From a bacterium HR08 (GTDB taxonomy: Bacteria > Acidobacteriota > Blastocatellia > HR10): a stretch of 49,533 bases of DNA. Shown one piece after another: positions 29,301 to 37,703 of this stretch (the first letter of the stretch is position 1; each line of letters starts with the position of its first letter). Under the pieces are notes generated by a model. The model had not been told where the DNA came from, made no database searches, and saw nothing but the letters and a program-made list of their open reading frames with translations. The position numbers were made by a program, and so were the translations under genes. The stretch is from positions 1-49,533 of the forward strand of contig BEHK01000002.1 in assembly GCA_002898775.1 (NCBI GenBank), read 5' to 3'.

Positions 29301-29725
29301 CTGAGGAATATGGACACACGGGGATCGCTCGCGCCTGCGCCGCCATCGTTCGCGCCGGCGGGCGCGTGTGCCTCGGCAGTCACGGACAGCTTCAAGGTCT
29401 CGGCGCGCATTGGGAGTTGTGGAGCATCGCTTCGGGCGGGATGTCTCCCCATGAGGCGTTGAAGGTCGCGACGATCTTCGGCGCCGAAGCGATCGGCCTG
29501 CAGCAAGACCTCGGATCGCTCGAAGTCGGCAAGCTCGCGGATCTCCTCGTGCTCGATCGGAATCCGCTCGTGGACCTCCGTCACACGGTGAGCATCCGCT
29601 ACGTGATGAAAAACGGCTTCCTCTTCGACGGCGACACGCTCGATCAACTCTGGCCTGTGCCGAAGAAGTTGGAGCGTCAGTACTGGTGGGAGGATGACCC
29701 TCCCCCGGCCACGACGAACAAATAA
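26393..29725 (+). CDS. Secreted amidohydrolase with N-terminal TolB-like (PD40) beta-propeller repeats
   Basis: Signal peptide; EGTWMSLDVSPDG and many SPDG repeats; IPGFVDVHAH, GSHGQLQG, GKLADLLVL. Confidence 0.93.
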   Translation: MRRRNRRARSLRVALFLLAIIACPSPSRFPLWGQEPRSESKPEEKREELPLTPTETIEFVTDEGTWMSLDVSPDGQTIVFDLLGDLYVLPITGGEAKRIFGGMSFESQPRFSPDGKRIVFLSDRSGAENVWVANADGSDPRPVTKGRHQMFASPTWTPDGRYIVVSRSTDPIGTFSLWMYHIEGGTGVQIGPPDPPLPEPDSQEPARPRQNKLGAVVSPDGRYLYYSVRTGAFTYNAMFPLWQIVRFDRETGETTTLTNAQGSAMRPVLSPDGKRLVYATRYETGTGLRIRDLETGEERWLIYPVTRDDQESRATRDTMPGYAFLPDGRALIVPIEGKIWRVDVETGQRTLIPFTAKVEAEIGPRAYFQYRVEDSPMVRARLIRWPTLSPDGRRLAFTAFNRIWIMEWPSGTPRRLTNASVGEFMPTWSPDGRYIAYVTWTPQGGHIFRAAVDGGSPPEPLTRRPAYYSSPVYSPDGSKIVFISGPTRQHLYAELRERASGPRPDLLSEGAHAAEITGIPPRIGLDLRWIPAEGGGSRLIGPTQGGISPHFAREPDRIYMTTSRGLVSLRLDGRDRRTHFRVRGSAPGPFPPDAEEIRLSPDGERAFVSLQNKLYLIPVPKAGGETITIAITPNGPSAVPVKRLSLEGGDYLNWTADGKAITWSWGARFYRQDLSAEKPDMTDVVVEVPRARPTGTIVLSGARLITMKGDEVIERGDIVITGNRIVAIGPKGRVPIPAGARVLDVTGKTIIPGFVDVHAHMWPPRGVHQTQVWQYLANLAYGVTTTRDPQSSTTDVFAYADLVEAGEILGPRIFSTGPGVFSRSGLDDLDATRALLKRYKEAYQTNTLKQYVAGDRIVRQWVVMACRELGITPTTEGALDMKLDLTQMADGFSGQEHALPIQPLYKDVIEFVARTKTFYTPTILVAYGAPFTENYYFTSHDVHGDRKLRRFIPHEVLDTMVRRRRQWFLAEEYGHTGIARACAAIVRAGGRVCLGSHGQLQGLGAHWELWSIASGGMSPHEALKVATIFGAEAIGLQQDLGSLEVGKLADLLVLDRNPLVDLRHTVSIRYVMKNGFLFDGDTLDQLWPVPKKLERQYWWEDDPPPATTNK

Positions 29726-29800
29726 CCGCGCCACTTCTCGATGCGGGATCGGGCCCTCACGTCGGACTCGATCCATCGCCCGGCGGCCAGGACGCGCGCT

Positions 29801-31147
29801 TCACCGCTCAGCCGAAGCCTGGCCGCGCTCGTCCTTCTCCCGTTCGATCTCCGCGCCGAGGGAGCGCAGCGCGAGGTCGAGCCGATCATATCCCCGCTCC
29901 AAATGCTCGACCCCTTCGATCACGCTCTCCCCACGCGCGGCGAGCGCGGCCAGAAGGAGCGCCGCCCCGCCTCGAATATCCGTCGTCCGCACCGTCGCCG
30001 GGCGAAGCGGCGTCGGTCCGAAGATGCGAATGGCATGGAAGAATTCAGGGCGATCGTCCTCGAGATTGAAGTTGTACACAGCATCCGGATCCTCGACAGG
30101 GGGATTGAAGAACTCGATGCGCGCGCCCATTCGCTGCAACTCCCGCGCGTAGTGGAAGCGGTCCTCGAAGACGGTCTCATGAATGACGCTCACGCCGTGA
30201 GCCTGTGTGAGCGCTGGAGCGATGAGCGGCTGCCAATCGGTCATGAACCCCGGATGCGGCGCCGTTCGAAGGAACACCGGCCGCAAGGGCCCTTGAGACC
30301 AGACGCGCCACCTCGTCCCAACGCACGCGAATCCCGCGCCGATCTCCTCCAACACGGTGAGGAACGCGCGCACATCAGCCGGTCGCACATCCTCGATCTC
30401 GACGTCTCCTCCCGTCACCAGTGCCGCGCAGGCGAAGGTGACCGCTTCGTTGCGATCCGGCAACACGCGATGCCGAGCGCCGTGCAGCCGCGAGACCCCC
30501 TCGATGCGAATCGTTCGCCGATCCGGGCGATGAATACGCGCTCCCATCGCCGTCAGGAAGGTGATGAGATCGTCCACCTCGGGCTCTTCGGCGGCGTTCT
30601 CCAAAATGGTCTCCCCCCGTGCGCACGCGGCCGCCAGAAGCATAGCCTCAGTCCCCGTATGCGTATTCTTCGGGAAGCGATATCGCGCGCCGCGCAGCTG
30701 TTTGGCGCGAACGCGCAGATGCTCGCCACACTCGTCCACGCGGGCGCCCATGGCCTCGAGTCCGGCGAGGAGGCGATCCAGAGGGCGCCGCCCGATCGGA
30801 TCTCCCCCGGGCTGAGGGACGCTCGCCTCGCCGAAGCGCACAAGCAGCGGTATCAGCAAAAGCGGCGAAGCCCGAGTTCGCTCCACCGAGCCCGCGCGCA
30901 CGTGCGCGTCCTGAAGGGAGCGCGGATCAATGATCCACGTCGTCGGATCGGAGCGCATCGCCCGCCCTCCCAGACGCTCGATCGTGCGCGCGACGATGCG
31001 CACGTCCTCGACATCGGGAACATTCTCCAGGACGCTCGGGCCGTCAGCCAAGAGCGCGGCGATCATTGCCTTGAACGCCGTATTCTTGGCCCCGCTGACG
31101 CGCACGCGCCCGCTGAGCGGTCGTCCGCCTCGGACCTTCCACCTCAT
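29801..31147 (-). CDS. murA: UDP-N-acetylglucosamine 1-carboxyvinyltransferase (Asp-type active site)
   Basis: SGAKN, RAS, PGGDPIGRRP, ENAAEEPEV, PDRNEA, PHPGFMTDWQ, HETVFEDR, DIRGG, LERGY; ATGA overlap with murB. Confidence 0.93.
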   Translation of the reverse strand: MRWKVRGGRPLSGRVRVSGAKNTAFKAMIAALLADGPSVLENVPDVEDVRIVARTIERLGGRAMRSDPTTWIIDPRSLQDAHVRAGSVERTRASPLLLIPLLVRFGEASVPQPGGDPIGRRPLDRLLAGLEAMGARVDECGEHLRVRAKQLRGARYRFPKNTHTGTEAMLLAAACARGETILENAAEEPEVDDLITFLTAMGARIHRPDRRTIRIEGVSRLHGARHRVLPDRNEAVTFACAALVTGGDVEIEDVRPADVRAFLTVLEEIGAGFACVGTRWRVWSQGPLRPVFLRTAPHPGFMTDWQPLIAPALTQAHGVSVIHETVFEDRFHYARELQRMGARIEFFNPPVEDPDAVYNFNLEDDRPEFFHAIRIFGPTPLRPATVRTTDIRGGAALLLAALAARGESVIEGVEHLERGYDRLDLALRSLGAEIEREKDERGQASAER

Positions 31148-32079
31148 GTGTCCCACGTCCCCAGGTATCGAATCTCTTCCTCCAGCAGAATGCCGAACCG
31201 ATCGCGCACGGCCGCCTTCGCCAACTCGATCAGCGCCCGAATCTCCCGCGCCGTCGCCCCACCGACGTTGAGGATGAAGTTGGCATGCTTCTCGGAGATC
31301 TGCGCTCCACCCAGCCGATATCCCTTCAACCCGCAGGCCTCGATCAGGCGACCGGCGTAATCCCCCGGGGGATTTTTGAAGACGGAGCCCGTGCTCGGTC
31401 CCGAAGGTTGATGCTTCCGCGCCTCGAGCATCTGCTGCATCCTCGCCTCGATGTCGGAGCGCGATGCCCGATACCCCCGCAGCCGAGCCGCCAGCACCAC
31501 GTCGCTCGTTCGCTGAAATCGGCTCCGCCGGTATCCGAAGTCCAACTGCGAAGCCGGCCAGACGACCACCTCACCCCGATCGTCCACCGCCTCCACCTCG
31601 AGCACGCGCTCGCCGATCCATTCCTCCCGCGTCCCGGCATTTCCGACGATCGCCCCCCCCAGCGTTCCGGGGATTCCGATGAGGAACTCAAATCCGGCGA
31701 TCCCCGCCTCACACGCGCGGCGCGCCAGGGCCACGAGATTCGCCCCCGATTCGGCCCGGATCTCCGCCCCAGAAATCGCCACGCCTTCGGTGCGATTGAG
31801 GATGACGAGTCCGGGGATTCCGGCATCGGAGACGAGGACATTGGCGCCGTATCCGAGGACCGTCACCGGCAGCCGAGCCTCGCGCGCCACGCGAACGGCG
31901 GCCAACAGGTCCGCTGGCGTGCGAGCGATGAAGAACCATTCAGCCGGTCCTCCCACGCGCCAATTGACATAAGGCGCCAGTCGCTCGCGACGCCGAAGCC
32001 GCCCCGGCCCCAATCGCGTTTCGAAGGCGCGCGCGAATTCAACGGCCGCCGCTTCGGCGGCTTCACCCCTCTTGGCCAT
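31144..32079 (-). CDS. murB: UDP-N-acetylenolpyruvoylglucosamine reductase
   Basis: WRVGGPA, GYGANVLV, GIPGTLGGAIVGNAG, FGYRRS, GSVFKNP, SEKHANF. Confidence 0.95.
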   Translation of the reverse strand: MAKRGEAAEAAAVEFARAFETRLGPGRLRRRERLAPYVNWRVGGPAEWFFIARTPADLLAAVRVAREARLPVTVLGYGANVLVSDAGIPGLVILNRTEGVAISGAEIRAESGANLVALARRACEAGIAGFEFLIGIPGTLGGAIVGNAGTREEWIGERVLEVEAVDDRGEVVVWPASQLDFGYRRSRFQRTSDVVLAARLRGYRASRSDIEARMQQMLEARKHQPSGPSTGSVFKNPPGDYAGRLIEACGLKGYRLGGAQISEKHANFILNVGGATAREIRALIELAKAAVRDRFGILLEEEIRYLGTWDT

Positions 32080-32107
32080 CTCGCCCCTTGATCGGCATCA
32101 ACGCCGC

Positions 32108-32956
32108 TCAGCTCATGCGGAGAATCTCTTCCAGGGCCGTGCGCCCGTCCGTCTGCTCATCGCGATATTTCACAATGAGCGGCGTCAGGATCGAGAGCCC
32201 GTGGGCGCGTGCGAACTCTCCCGAAGCCGGCCGTGTGCCCGGGACGACAACCGCGCCCTCCGGAATCACCAGAGGCTCGTCACGCGTGCCGCGATAGATG
32301 CGCTCGCGCACGAGGTCGTAGACGGGCGTCGAGCCGGTCAGGATCACACCCGCGCCCAGCACGGCTCGCCGTTTGATGATCGTCCCCTCGAAGACGCCGC
32401 ACTGACTCCCCACGAGCACCTCATCCTCAATGATGACCGGCCATGCGCCGGGGGGTTCCAGCACCCCACCGATCTGCGCGCCGGCGCTCAAATGCACGCG
32501 CTTGCCGATCTGCGCGCAGGAGCCGACCAGCACATGGGAATCCACCATCGTGCCCTCGTCCACGTACGCCCCCACGTTGATGTAGGAAGGGGGCATGACG
32601 ACGACGCCCGGCGCCAGATACGCCCCATCGCGAATCGTCGTCCCCCCAGGCACGATGCGAATCCCCAGGCGCATCCCCTCGAGCGCCTTCAAAGGATAGG
32701 TGTCCTTGTCGAAGAATCGGAACTGCGCGTTGATCGAATAGTCGGCGAGCGCACCGATGCGGAATCCGAGCAAGATGCCCTTCTTCACCCATGCATTCAC
32801 GATCCAACGCCCCTGGACGAGTTCGGCCGCTCGGATCCGCCCTTGGTTGAGCTCCCGTTTGAACTCCTCGAAGATCGGACGACCCTCCCGCCGCGCCTCC
32901 TCCAGGGGGGCGTCCAAGAGCCGCTCGATCTCAGCTCTGAGCCGCGTGTGCTCCAT
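32108..32956 (-). CDS. dapD: Tetrahydrodipicolinate N-succinyltransferase
   Basis: [52 protein letters not shown] hexapeptide repeats. Confidence 0.95.
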   Translation of the reverse strand: MEHTRLRAEIERLLDAPLEEARREGRPIFEEFKRELNQGRIRAAELVQGRWIVNAWVKKGILLGFRIGALADYSINAQFRFFDKDTYPLKALEGMRLGIRIVPGGTTIRDGAYLAPGVVVMPPSYINVGAYVDEGTMVDSHVLVGSCAQIGKRVHLSAGAQIGGVLEPPGAWPVIIEDEVLVGSQCGVFEGTIIKRRAVLGAGVILTGSTPVYDLVRERIYRGTRDEPLVIPEGAVVVPGTRPASGEFARAHGLSILTPLIVKYRDEQTDGRTALEEILRMS

Positions 32957-33860
32957 GTCCTGCTCCCGCCGGAATGAGATTCAAATCGGCGAGAATCTGC
33001 CGCAGCCGCTCGCGCGTCTCCGGGCGCGGCGGGACCAGCGGCAGGCGATAATTTTCCTCGATCAACCCCATCATGGCCAGGGCCGCTTTGACGGGGATGG
33101 GGTTCGTCTCCAGGAAATTGCCACGCATGAGCGGCAGCAGCCGATAATGGAGCTCGCGAGCGCGCGCCCAATCCCCGGCGAGCGCGGCCGCCACCAGCTC
33201 TCGCATCTCGGCCGGCGTCTGGTTGGCGATGACGGAGATCACCCCATCCCCCCCGAGCGCGAGGACCGGCAACGTCCACGCGTCGTCTCCGGAGAGAACG
33301 AGGAACCCCTGCGGTCGCACGCGCAAAAGCTCCATGATTTGCTCCAGGTTCCCCGACGCCTCCTTGATGCCGATGATGTTCGGAATCTCCGCCAGACGCA
33401 AGACCGTCTTCACCTCCAGATTACATCCGGTCCGACTCGGCACATTGTAGAGGATCACGGGAAGGCGCACCGACTCGGCGATTGCTCGGAAATGTTGATA
33501 GAGCCCCTCTTGCGTCGGCCGATTGTAATACGGGGTGACCGAGAGCACGGCGTCGGCCCCCGCTCGCTCAGCGTGCCGCGCCAGCTCCACGGCCTCCTCG
33601 GTCGCGTTCGTCCCAGCTCCCGCGATCACGGGCGCGCGCCCGCGAACGCGCTCGACGACGCGGCGAATGATCTCACGCTGCTCCTCCGGATGCAGCGTGG
33701 CGCTCTCGCCCGTCGTCCCACAGGGGACGAGACCATCCATCCCCGCCTCGAGCTGGAAATCCACAAGCGCCTCCAACCGCTCATAATCCACCTGTCCATC
33801 GCGCCGAAACGGCGTGACCAAAGCGACAAAGCATCCGCGAAATCGGCTCGTTCCACTCAT
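32931..33860 (-). CDS. dapA: 4-hydroxy-tetrahydrodipicolinate synthase
   Basis: [49 protein letters not shown]. Confidence 0.96.
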   Translation of the reverse strand: MSGTSRFRGCFVALVTPFRRDGQVDYERLEALVDFQLEAGMDGLVPCGTTGESATLHPEEQREIIRRVVERVRGRAPVIAGAGTNATEEAVELARHAERAGADAVLSVTPYYNRPTQEGLYQHFRAIAESVRLPVILYNVPSRTGCNLEVKTVLRLAEIPNIIGIKEASGNLEQIMELLRVRPQGFLVLSGDDAWTLPVLALGGDGVISVIANQTPAEMRELVAAALAGDWARARELHYRLLPLMRGNFLETNPIPVKAALAMMGLIEENYRLPLVPPRPETRERLRQILADLNLIPAGAGHGAHAAQS

Positions 33861-34612
33861 AGGCTTCCTCCTTCTTGAAGAAGGTGATCCACGACCTCCT
33901 CGAACGAAAAGATACCCCGACGGTCTCTCGCAAACCGGGCAGCGACGAGCGCCCCCAGCGCGAAGGCCCGCCGATGGCGAACCGTGTGCGTGATCTCCAA
34001 AGTTTCAAACGGAGCGTCGAATCCCACCAGGTGCGTCCCCGGATGCGCGCCAGCACGAACCGAAGCGACGCTGATCCCATCGGGCGGGATGCGCCCTTCG
34101 AGCCGCGTGACCAGGTGCGTCTTCCGCTCCAGATGCTCGAGCAGAATCCGTCCCAAGCGAAGTGCTGTGCCACTCGGATGATCGGCCTTCCGCCAATGGT
34201 GCCACTCGACGAGGTAGGGATCGAAGTCGGAGAAATGCCGGAAGAGGCGCGCGCCATACGCCACCAGGCGAAAGAGCACGTGGATCCCCAGACAGAAATT
34301 CGGCCCGTAGACGAACCCGATCTCCGCGCGCTCGATCGCCGGCCGCACCTCATCCCACCGATCGTACCACCCGGTCGTGCCGACGACCATGGGCTTGCGC
34401 GCCTCGACAACCCGCTGAATATTGGTCACAACGGCCTGCGGCGTGGAGAAGTCCACGCAGACATCCACGTCGCGCAGGGCTTCAGCGGTCAGCCCTCGCC
34501 CCTCCGGATTCGTGCGCGAGGTGAAGATCGGCCCGACCTGAAAGCCCGCCTCACGAGCCGCCCGTTCGACCTCTCGTCCCATCTGCCCATATCCAATCAC
34601 CGCGATACGCAT
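33857..34612 (-). CDS. dapB: 4-hydroxy-tetrahydrodipicolinate reductase
   Basis: IGYGQMG, VDFS, VVGTTGW, EWHHWRKADHPSGTA, RRAFALGA; GGAGG SD. Confidence 0.95.
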   Translation of the reverse strand: MRIAVIGYGQMGREVERAAREAGFQVGPIFTSRTNPEGRGLTAEALRDVDVCVDFSTPQAVVTNIQRVVEARKPMVVGTTGWYDRWDEVRPAIERAEIGFVYGPNFCLGIHVLFRLVAYGARLFRHFSDFDPYLVEWHHWRKADHPSGTALRLGRILLEHLERKTHLVTRLEGRIPPDGISVASVRAGAHPGTHLVGFDAPFETLEITHTVRHRRAFALGALVAARFARDRRGIFSFEEVVDHLLQEGGSL

Positions 34613-34622
34613 CGTGACCTCC

Positions 34623-34661
34623 AAAATAAAAAGCCCCTCGAAACCGAGGGTTTCGAGGGGC
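34623..34661 (-). terminator. Intrinsic terminator (attenuator) immediately upstream of the dapB SD
   Basis: Minus strand GCCCCTCGAAACC-CTC-GGTTTCGAGGGGC perfect 13-bp stem followed by TTTTTATTTT. Confidence 0.9.
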
Positions 34662-34686
34662 CCGATCCACGCCGGCCCGAATGGGG

Positions 34687-34851
34687 CTACGTCACCCCCT
34701 CAGGCCGAGGAGGACCGAGCCCCGTGCGCTTGACCCGCTTCATCTGCGCATGCTCGCGCAGGATATGATCATCCCATCGGACGGAGACGCCCGATGCGAT
34801 CCCACGCGCTTCACCGCCCATCCCGTTCACCGCTCGCGCCTCTGCGTTCAT
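34687..34851 (-). CDS. Putative dap-operon leader peptide (54 aa; alternative 18-aa form from ATG 34743)
   Basis: MNAEA...QMKRVKRTGLGPPRPEGVT*; its only two Lys codons (34738-34740, 34729-34731) lie just before a hairpin; stop lies 25 nt upstream of the terminator stem. Confidence 0.6.
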   Translation of the reverse strand: MNAEARAVNGMGGEARGIASGVSVRWDDHILREHAQMKRVKRTGLGPPRPEGVT

Positions 34852-34860
34852 CGCGCGGTG

Positions 34861-34889
34861 ATGATGCCACATCTTCTTCACGGTGTCAA
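34861..34889 (-). promoter_or_regulatory. sigma70-type promoter of the leader-dapBAD-murBA transcript
   Basis: Minus strand TTGACA-17 nt (ending TGG)-CATCAT; leader ATG 9 nt downstream. Confidence 0.65.
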
Positions 34890-34979
34890 GCCGATCATCG
34901 CGCGCCTCTCGCGACATGGCGAGCGCCGCTCGCGAAAGCTGAGAACAGGCGCCCCCCACAGCACGAGGAAGCCCTCCCC

Positions 34980-37493
34980 TCAGAACGGCATAGGCTTCAC
35001 GCCGAACTCGCGAAAGAGCGCGCGCTGGTTGTAGAGCATCGGCCGCACGACCGGGAGCCATGGGAAGAACCGGCTCGGCGGAATGAACGCGCTCTGCCCC
35101 GAGGGAAGGCGATTCCATCCGCGCGGCGGATTCGTCAGCTCCACGACCTGCGTGTACGTGGCTCGATTCGCCTTCGGAACCGAAGGGCCCACATGAAATC
35201 CGAAGAGGTGGCGAAAGCGGATCATCTCGCGCGCGCTCCATGGCATCATCCACATCGCCCCATACATGCGCCCGAGATCCTCCACAGCCTCCCGCGCGCT
35301 CCTCGCGATGACCTCGCGCCAGTCCGCGCCATTGAAATAGTCGCGCGCGGGAGGGACGCCGGACCGCGCGCCCTCCAGGACGTGAAGCACCGTGCTGATG
35401 TTCACCTCCGAGAGCCCCTCATCGCCCAATTCATCGGCGAAGATGTTCCGAACGAGGCGCCGCCAAATAGCCTCGAAGACCACATTCGCCGGATCCGCGC
35501 CGGGCGCGGCGATGGCATCGGCGTAGAGCGCGCCGTCCCAATTCTGCAGGAGCTGCACGACCACCCCTAAGCGCGGATCGCTGGAACTCGCTTCCTCCAG
35601 CGCCCGCGTGAGATATCCCCCGAGGAATTCCAGCTTCGGACCGGTGTCGTCGAAGCGCGCGATGTCCTCCTCCAATGTCAGAAGATCCTCGACCCCTATC
35701 CGCGCATCGCGCGCCTCTTTGGAAGCGCGTCGGATGAGCCGCATGGGCTCGGCCAAGAGACTCATGATCCGCAGCACGCGATGTTGCTTCCCGAAGAGCA
35801 CGTCGTCCGGATTATCGAAGTCCACCGCCGGCTTATTGTTCCAATTCGCGAGCCACCCCTGCCGCGGATTGCGCACATGAGGCAAGGGATGCGTCGTCGC
35901 GCTCCACTCGGCTTCCCCTGTCCCCGGCAAGGGGAGGCGCGGATCGTATTCGCTCGGGCGAACGGGCACCCATCCGGCGAGCCAATAGGCGATGTTCCCG
36001 TCCACATCCGCATAGAGAAAGTGGTGCGAAGTCGGGATCCGCCGAACCGCTCGCTCGAAATCCTCCAGCGTCTGCGCCCGATTGATCTCCAAAAATCCCA
36101 CCCACGTCTCCGTCTCCCTCATCCAATGAGCCCGCTTGAGCGTGATCGCGATGTGGTTGGCTTCGTCCACGTAGAGCACGGGACCATGAACCGTCCGCCT
36201 GACGAGAATCGTCTTCGTCTTCGCCGCGCGCAGCGGAAAACCGAGCGGAGACGTCCGAATGGCGATGACCTCCTCGCGGACCTCCATGCGCCGATACGCC
36301 CCTTGGTAGAGGTACTCCTCGTGATTCGCGGGATTCAACTGCTCGATGTAGAGATCAGCATTATCGCCGGGACCACTGGTCGTCGTCCACGCGATCCGCT
36401 CATTGTGCCCGATCAAGACGGCCGGTCCGCCGGCGAAGGCCATCCCCGTCACGTGCCACCCCGGAGCTTTCAGATGCACCTCGTGCACGATGTCCGGATA
36501 GAGGAATCCCATCTGCGGCCCGCCGAGCAAGAGGGGGTGCCCTGTCCGCGACCTGGCCCCGTCAATGACGAATCCGAAACTTCCGAACGTGACGGGCAAG
36601 CCCAAAAGTTGGAAGAGCGTTCGACGCCGCTTCTGCCACCGCTCATATGCGGTGAGGAAGGAGCGGAGATCCGGAAGCCGACGGTAAAACGAGAGCAGAG
36701 GATTCCGCCGCTTGGAACGGGTGCGCATGGCGAGCGCGCGAGCGCTTTGCCCTGGGCTCCACTGCTCCTCGGGCGGTACGGTCACTGGGGCTTCCGGATC
36801 ATTCAACCACCGGAGGTCTTCGAAGATCGCTTCTCCCTCCTCCGGTCCGTGTCGGTTCACGAGCTGCTGGTAGAGGGCGAGATTGCGCAATTCCCGCCCG
36901 CCGCGCTCGCCGAAGATGCGCGCGGCTAATCGGCAGATGGCGATCGAATCCGTGACCGTCCACGGCTCCGGGAAGTATCCGAGGAGGTGGAATTCCCACG
37001 GCAGCTTTCGCATCGGGTCCTGGCGCGCCTCCGCCAGGTACCGATTGATCCCATCGCGATAGGCGGCGATGGCGCGCCGGGCGAATTCGGGCATCGCCGC
37101 GTACATGAGTTGATATTCCGACTCCGTATATCCGTGCTGACGCTGCTCGACATCCAGCTCGACGAGCTCAATCGGCCCCCGCACCTCGACGCTCGTCACG
37201 ATGTTGCCGAGAACCTCCGCCAAACGTCCGCGCGCGGCTCGCCGAAAGACCTCCAGTTGCCAGAGTCGATCCTGCGCGACCGCATAACCGTAGGCCTCGA
37301 AGAGATCGCGTTCGTTCTCCGCCTCGATGCTCGGCCGACCGTACTCGTCCCGAGAGATTCGCGCCGTCGAGATGGTCGTCTCCTCGGCGCGATCGGCTGT
37401 GACCGCCGGTATCCCCAAGGCCCTCCAGAGGAGGATCGAGAGACACGCGATCCCCACGCTCCATCGGGTGAAACGTCGAGACAGCCGACACAT
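34980..37493 (-). CDS. Penicillin/AHL acylase-family Ntn-hydrolase (peptidase S45), secreted
   Basis: Signal peptide; ISRDEYGRP, GYAVAQDRLWQL, beta-chain start G/SFGFVIDG (Ser codon 36579-36581), GHNERIAW, RRTVHGPV, YADVDGNI, NWNNKP. Confidence 0.93.
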   Translation of the reverse strand: MCRLSRRFTRWSVGIACLSILLWRALGIPAVTADRAEETTISTARISRDEYGRPSIEAENERDLFEAYGYAVAQDRLWQLEVFRRAARGRLAEVLGNIVTSVEVRGPIELVELDVEQRQHGYTESEYQLMYAAMPEFARRAIAAYRDGINRYLAEARQDPMRKLPWEFHLLGYFPEPWTVTDSIAICRLAARIFGERGGRELRNLALYQQLVNRHGPEEGEAIFEDLRWLNDPEAPVTVPPEEQWSPGQSARALAMRTRSKRRNPLLSFYRRLPDLRSFLTAYERWQKRRRTLFQLLGLPVTFGSFGFVIDGARSRTGHPLLLGGPQMGFLYPDIVHEVHLKAPGWHVTGMAFAGGPAVLIGHNERIAWTTTSGPGDNADLYIEQLNPANHEEYLYQGAYRRMEVREEVIAIRTSPLGFPLRAAKTKTILVRRTVHGPVLYVDEANHIAITLKRAHWMRETETWVGFLEINRAQTLEDFERAVRRIPTSHHFLYADVDGNIAYWLAGWVPVRPSEYDPRLPLPGTGEAEWSATTHPLPHVRNPRQGWLANWNNKPAVDFDNPDDVLFGKQHRVLRIMSLLAEPMRLIRRASKEARDARIGVEDLLTLEEDIARFDDTGPKLEFLGGYLTRALEEASSSDPRLGVVVQLLQNWDGALYADAIAAPGADPANVVFEAIWRRLVRNIFADELGDEGLSEVNISTVLHVLEGARSGVPPARDYFNGADWREVIARSAREAVEDLGRMYGAMWMMPWSAREMIRFRHLFGFHVGPSVPKANRATYTQVVELTNPPRGWNRLPSGQSAFIPPSRFFPWLPVVRPMLYNQRALFREFGVKPMPF

Positions 37494-37629
37494 ACCCCTC
37501 CCCCCGTGACATCTTCGGTGGAGAGGAAGATCACCGCCCTCTTCACGCAGGGGATGTGCTCATGAACCCCATGCGAGAGGACTCGCGTCCCTCCACCCTT
37601 GCCCTATCTATCCCCATCCTCCGCCGAGG

Positions 37630-37658
37630 ATTATAAGGTGAGCTGAGGCGTCAGGCAA
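37630..37658 (-). promoter_or_regulatory. sigma70 promoter of the acylase gene
   Basis: Minus strand TTGCCT-17 nt-TATAAT. Confidence 0.7.
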
Positions 37659-37703
37659 GATGGCTGTACGAAAGGGCGAACAGGGGACCCTCGCCGCTCG
37701 CGT

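Noticed and set aside
34620-34860. Lysine riboswitch or T-box upstream of dapB
   Set aside because: I could not find the L-box core or the T-box UGGNACC bulge; the leader ORF plus competing hairpins explain the region better (Rfam scan still needed)
34852-35253. 5' extension of the 188-aa ORF 34687-35253
   Set aside because: It overlaps the acylase 3' end and spans the promoter; only the part downstream of the promoter is plausible
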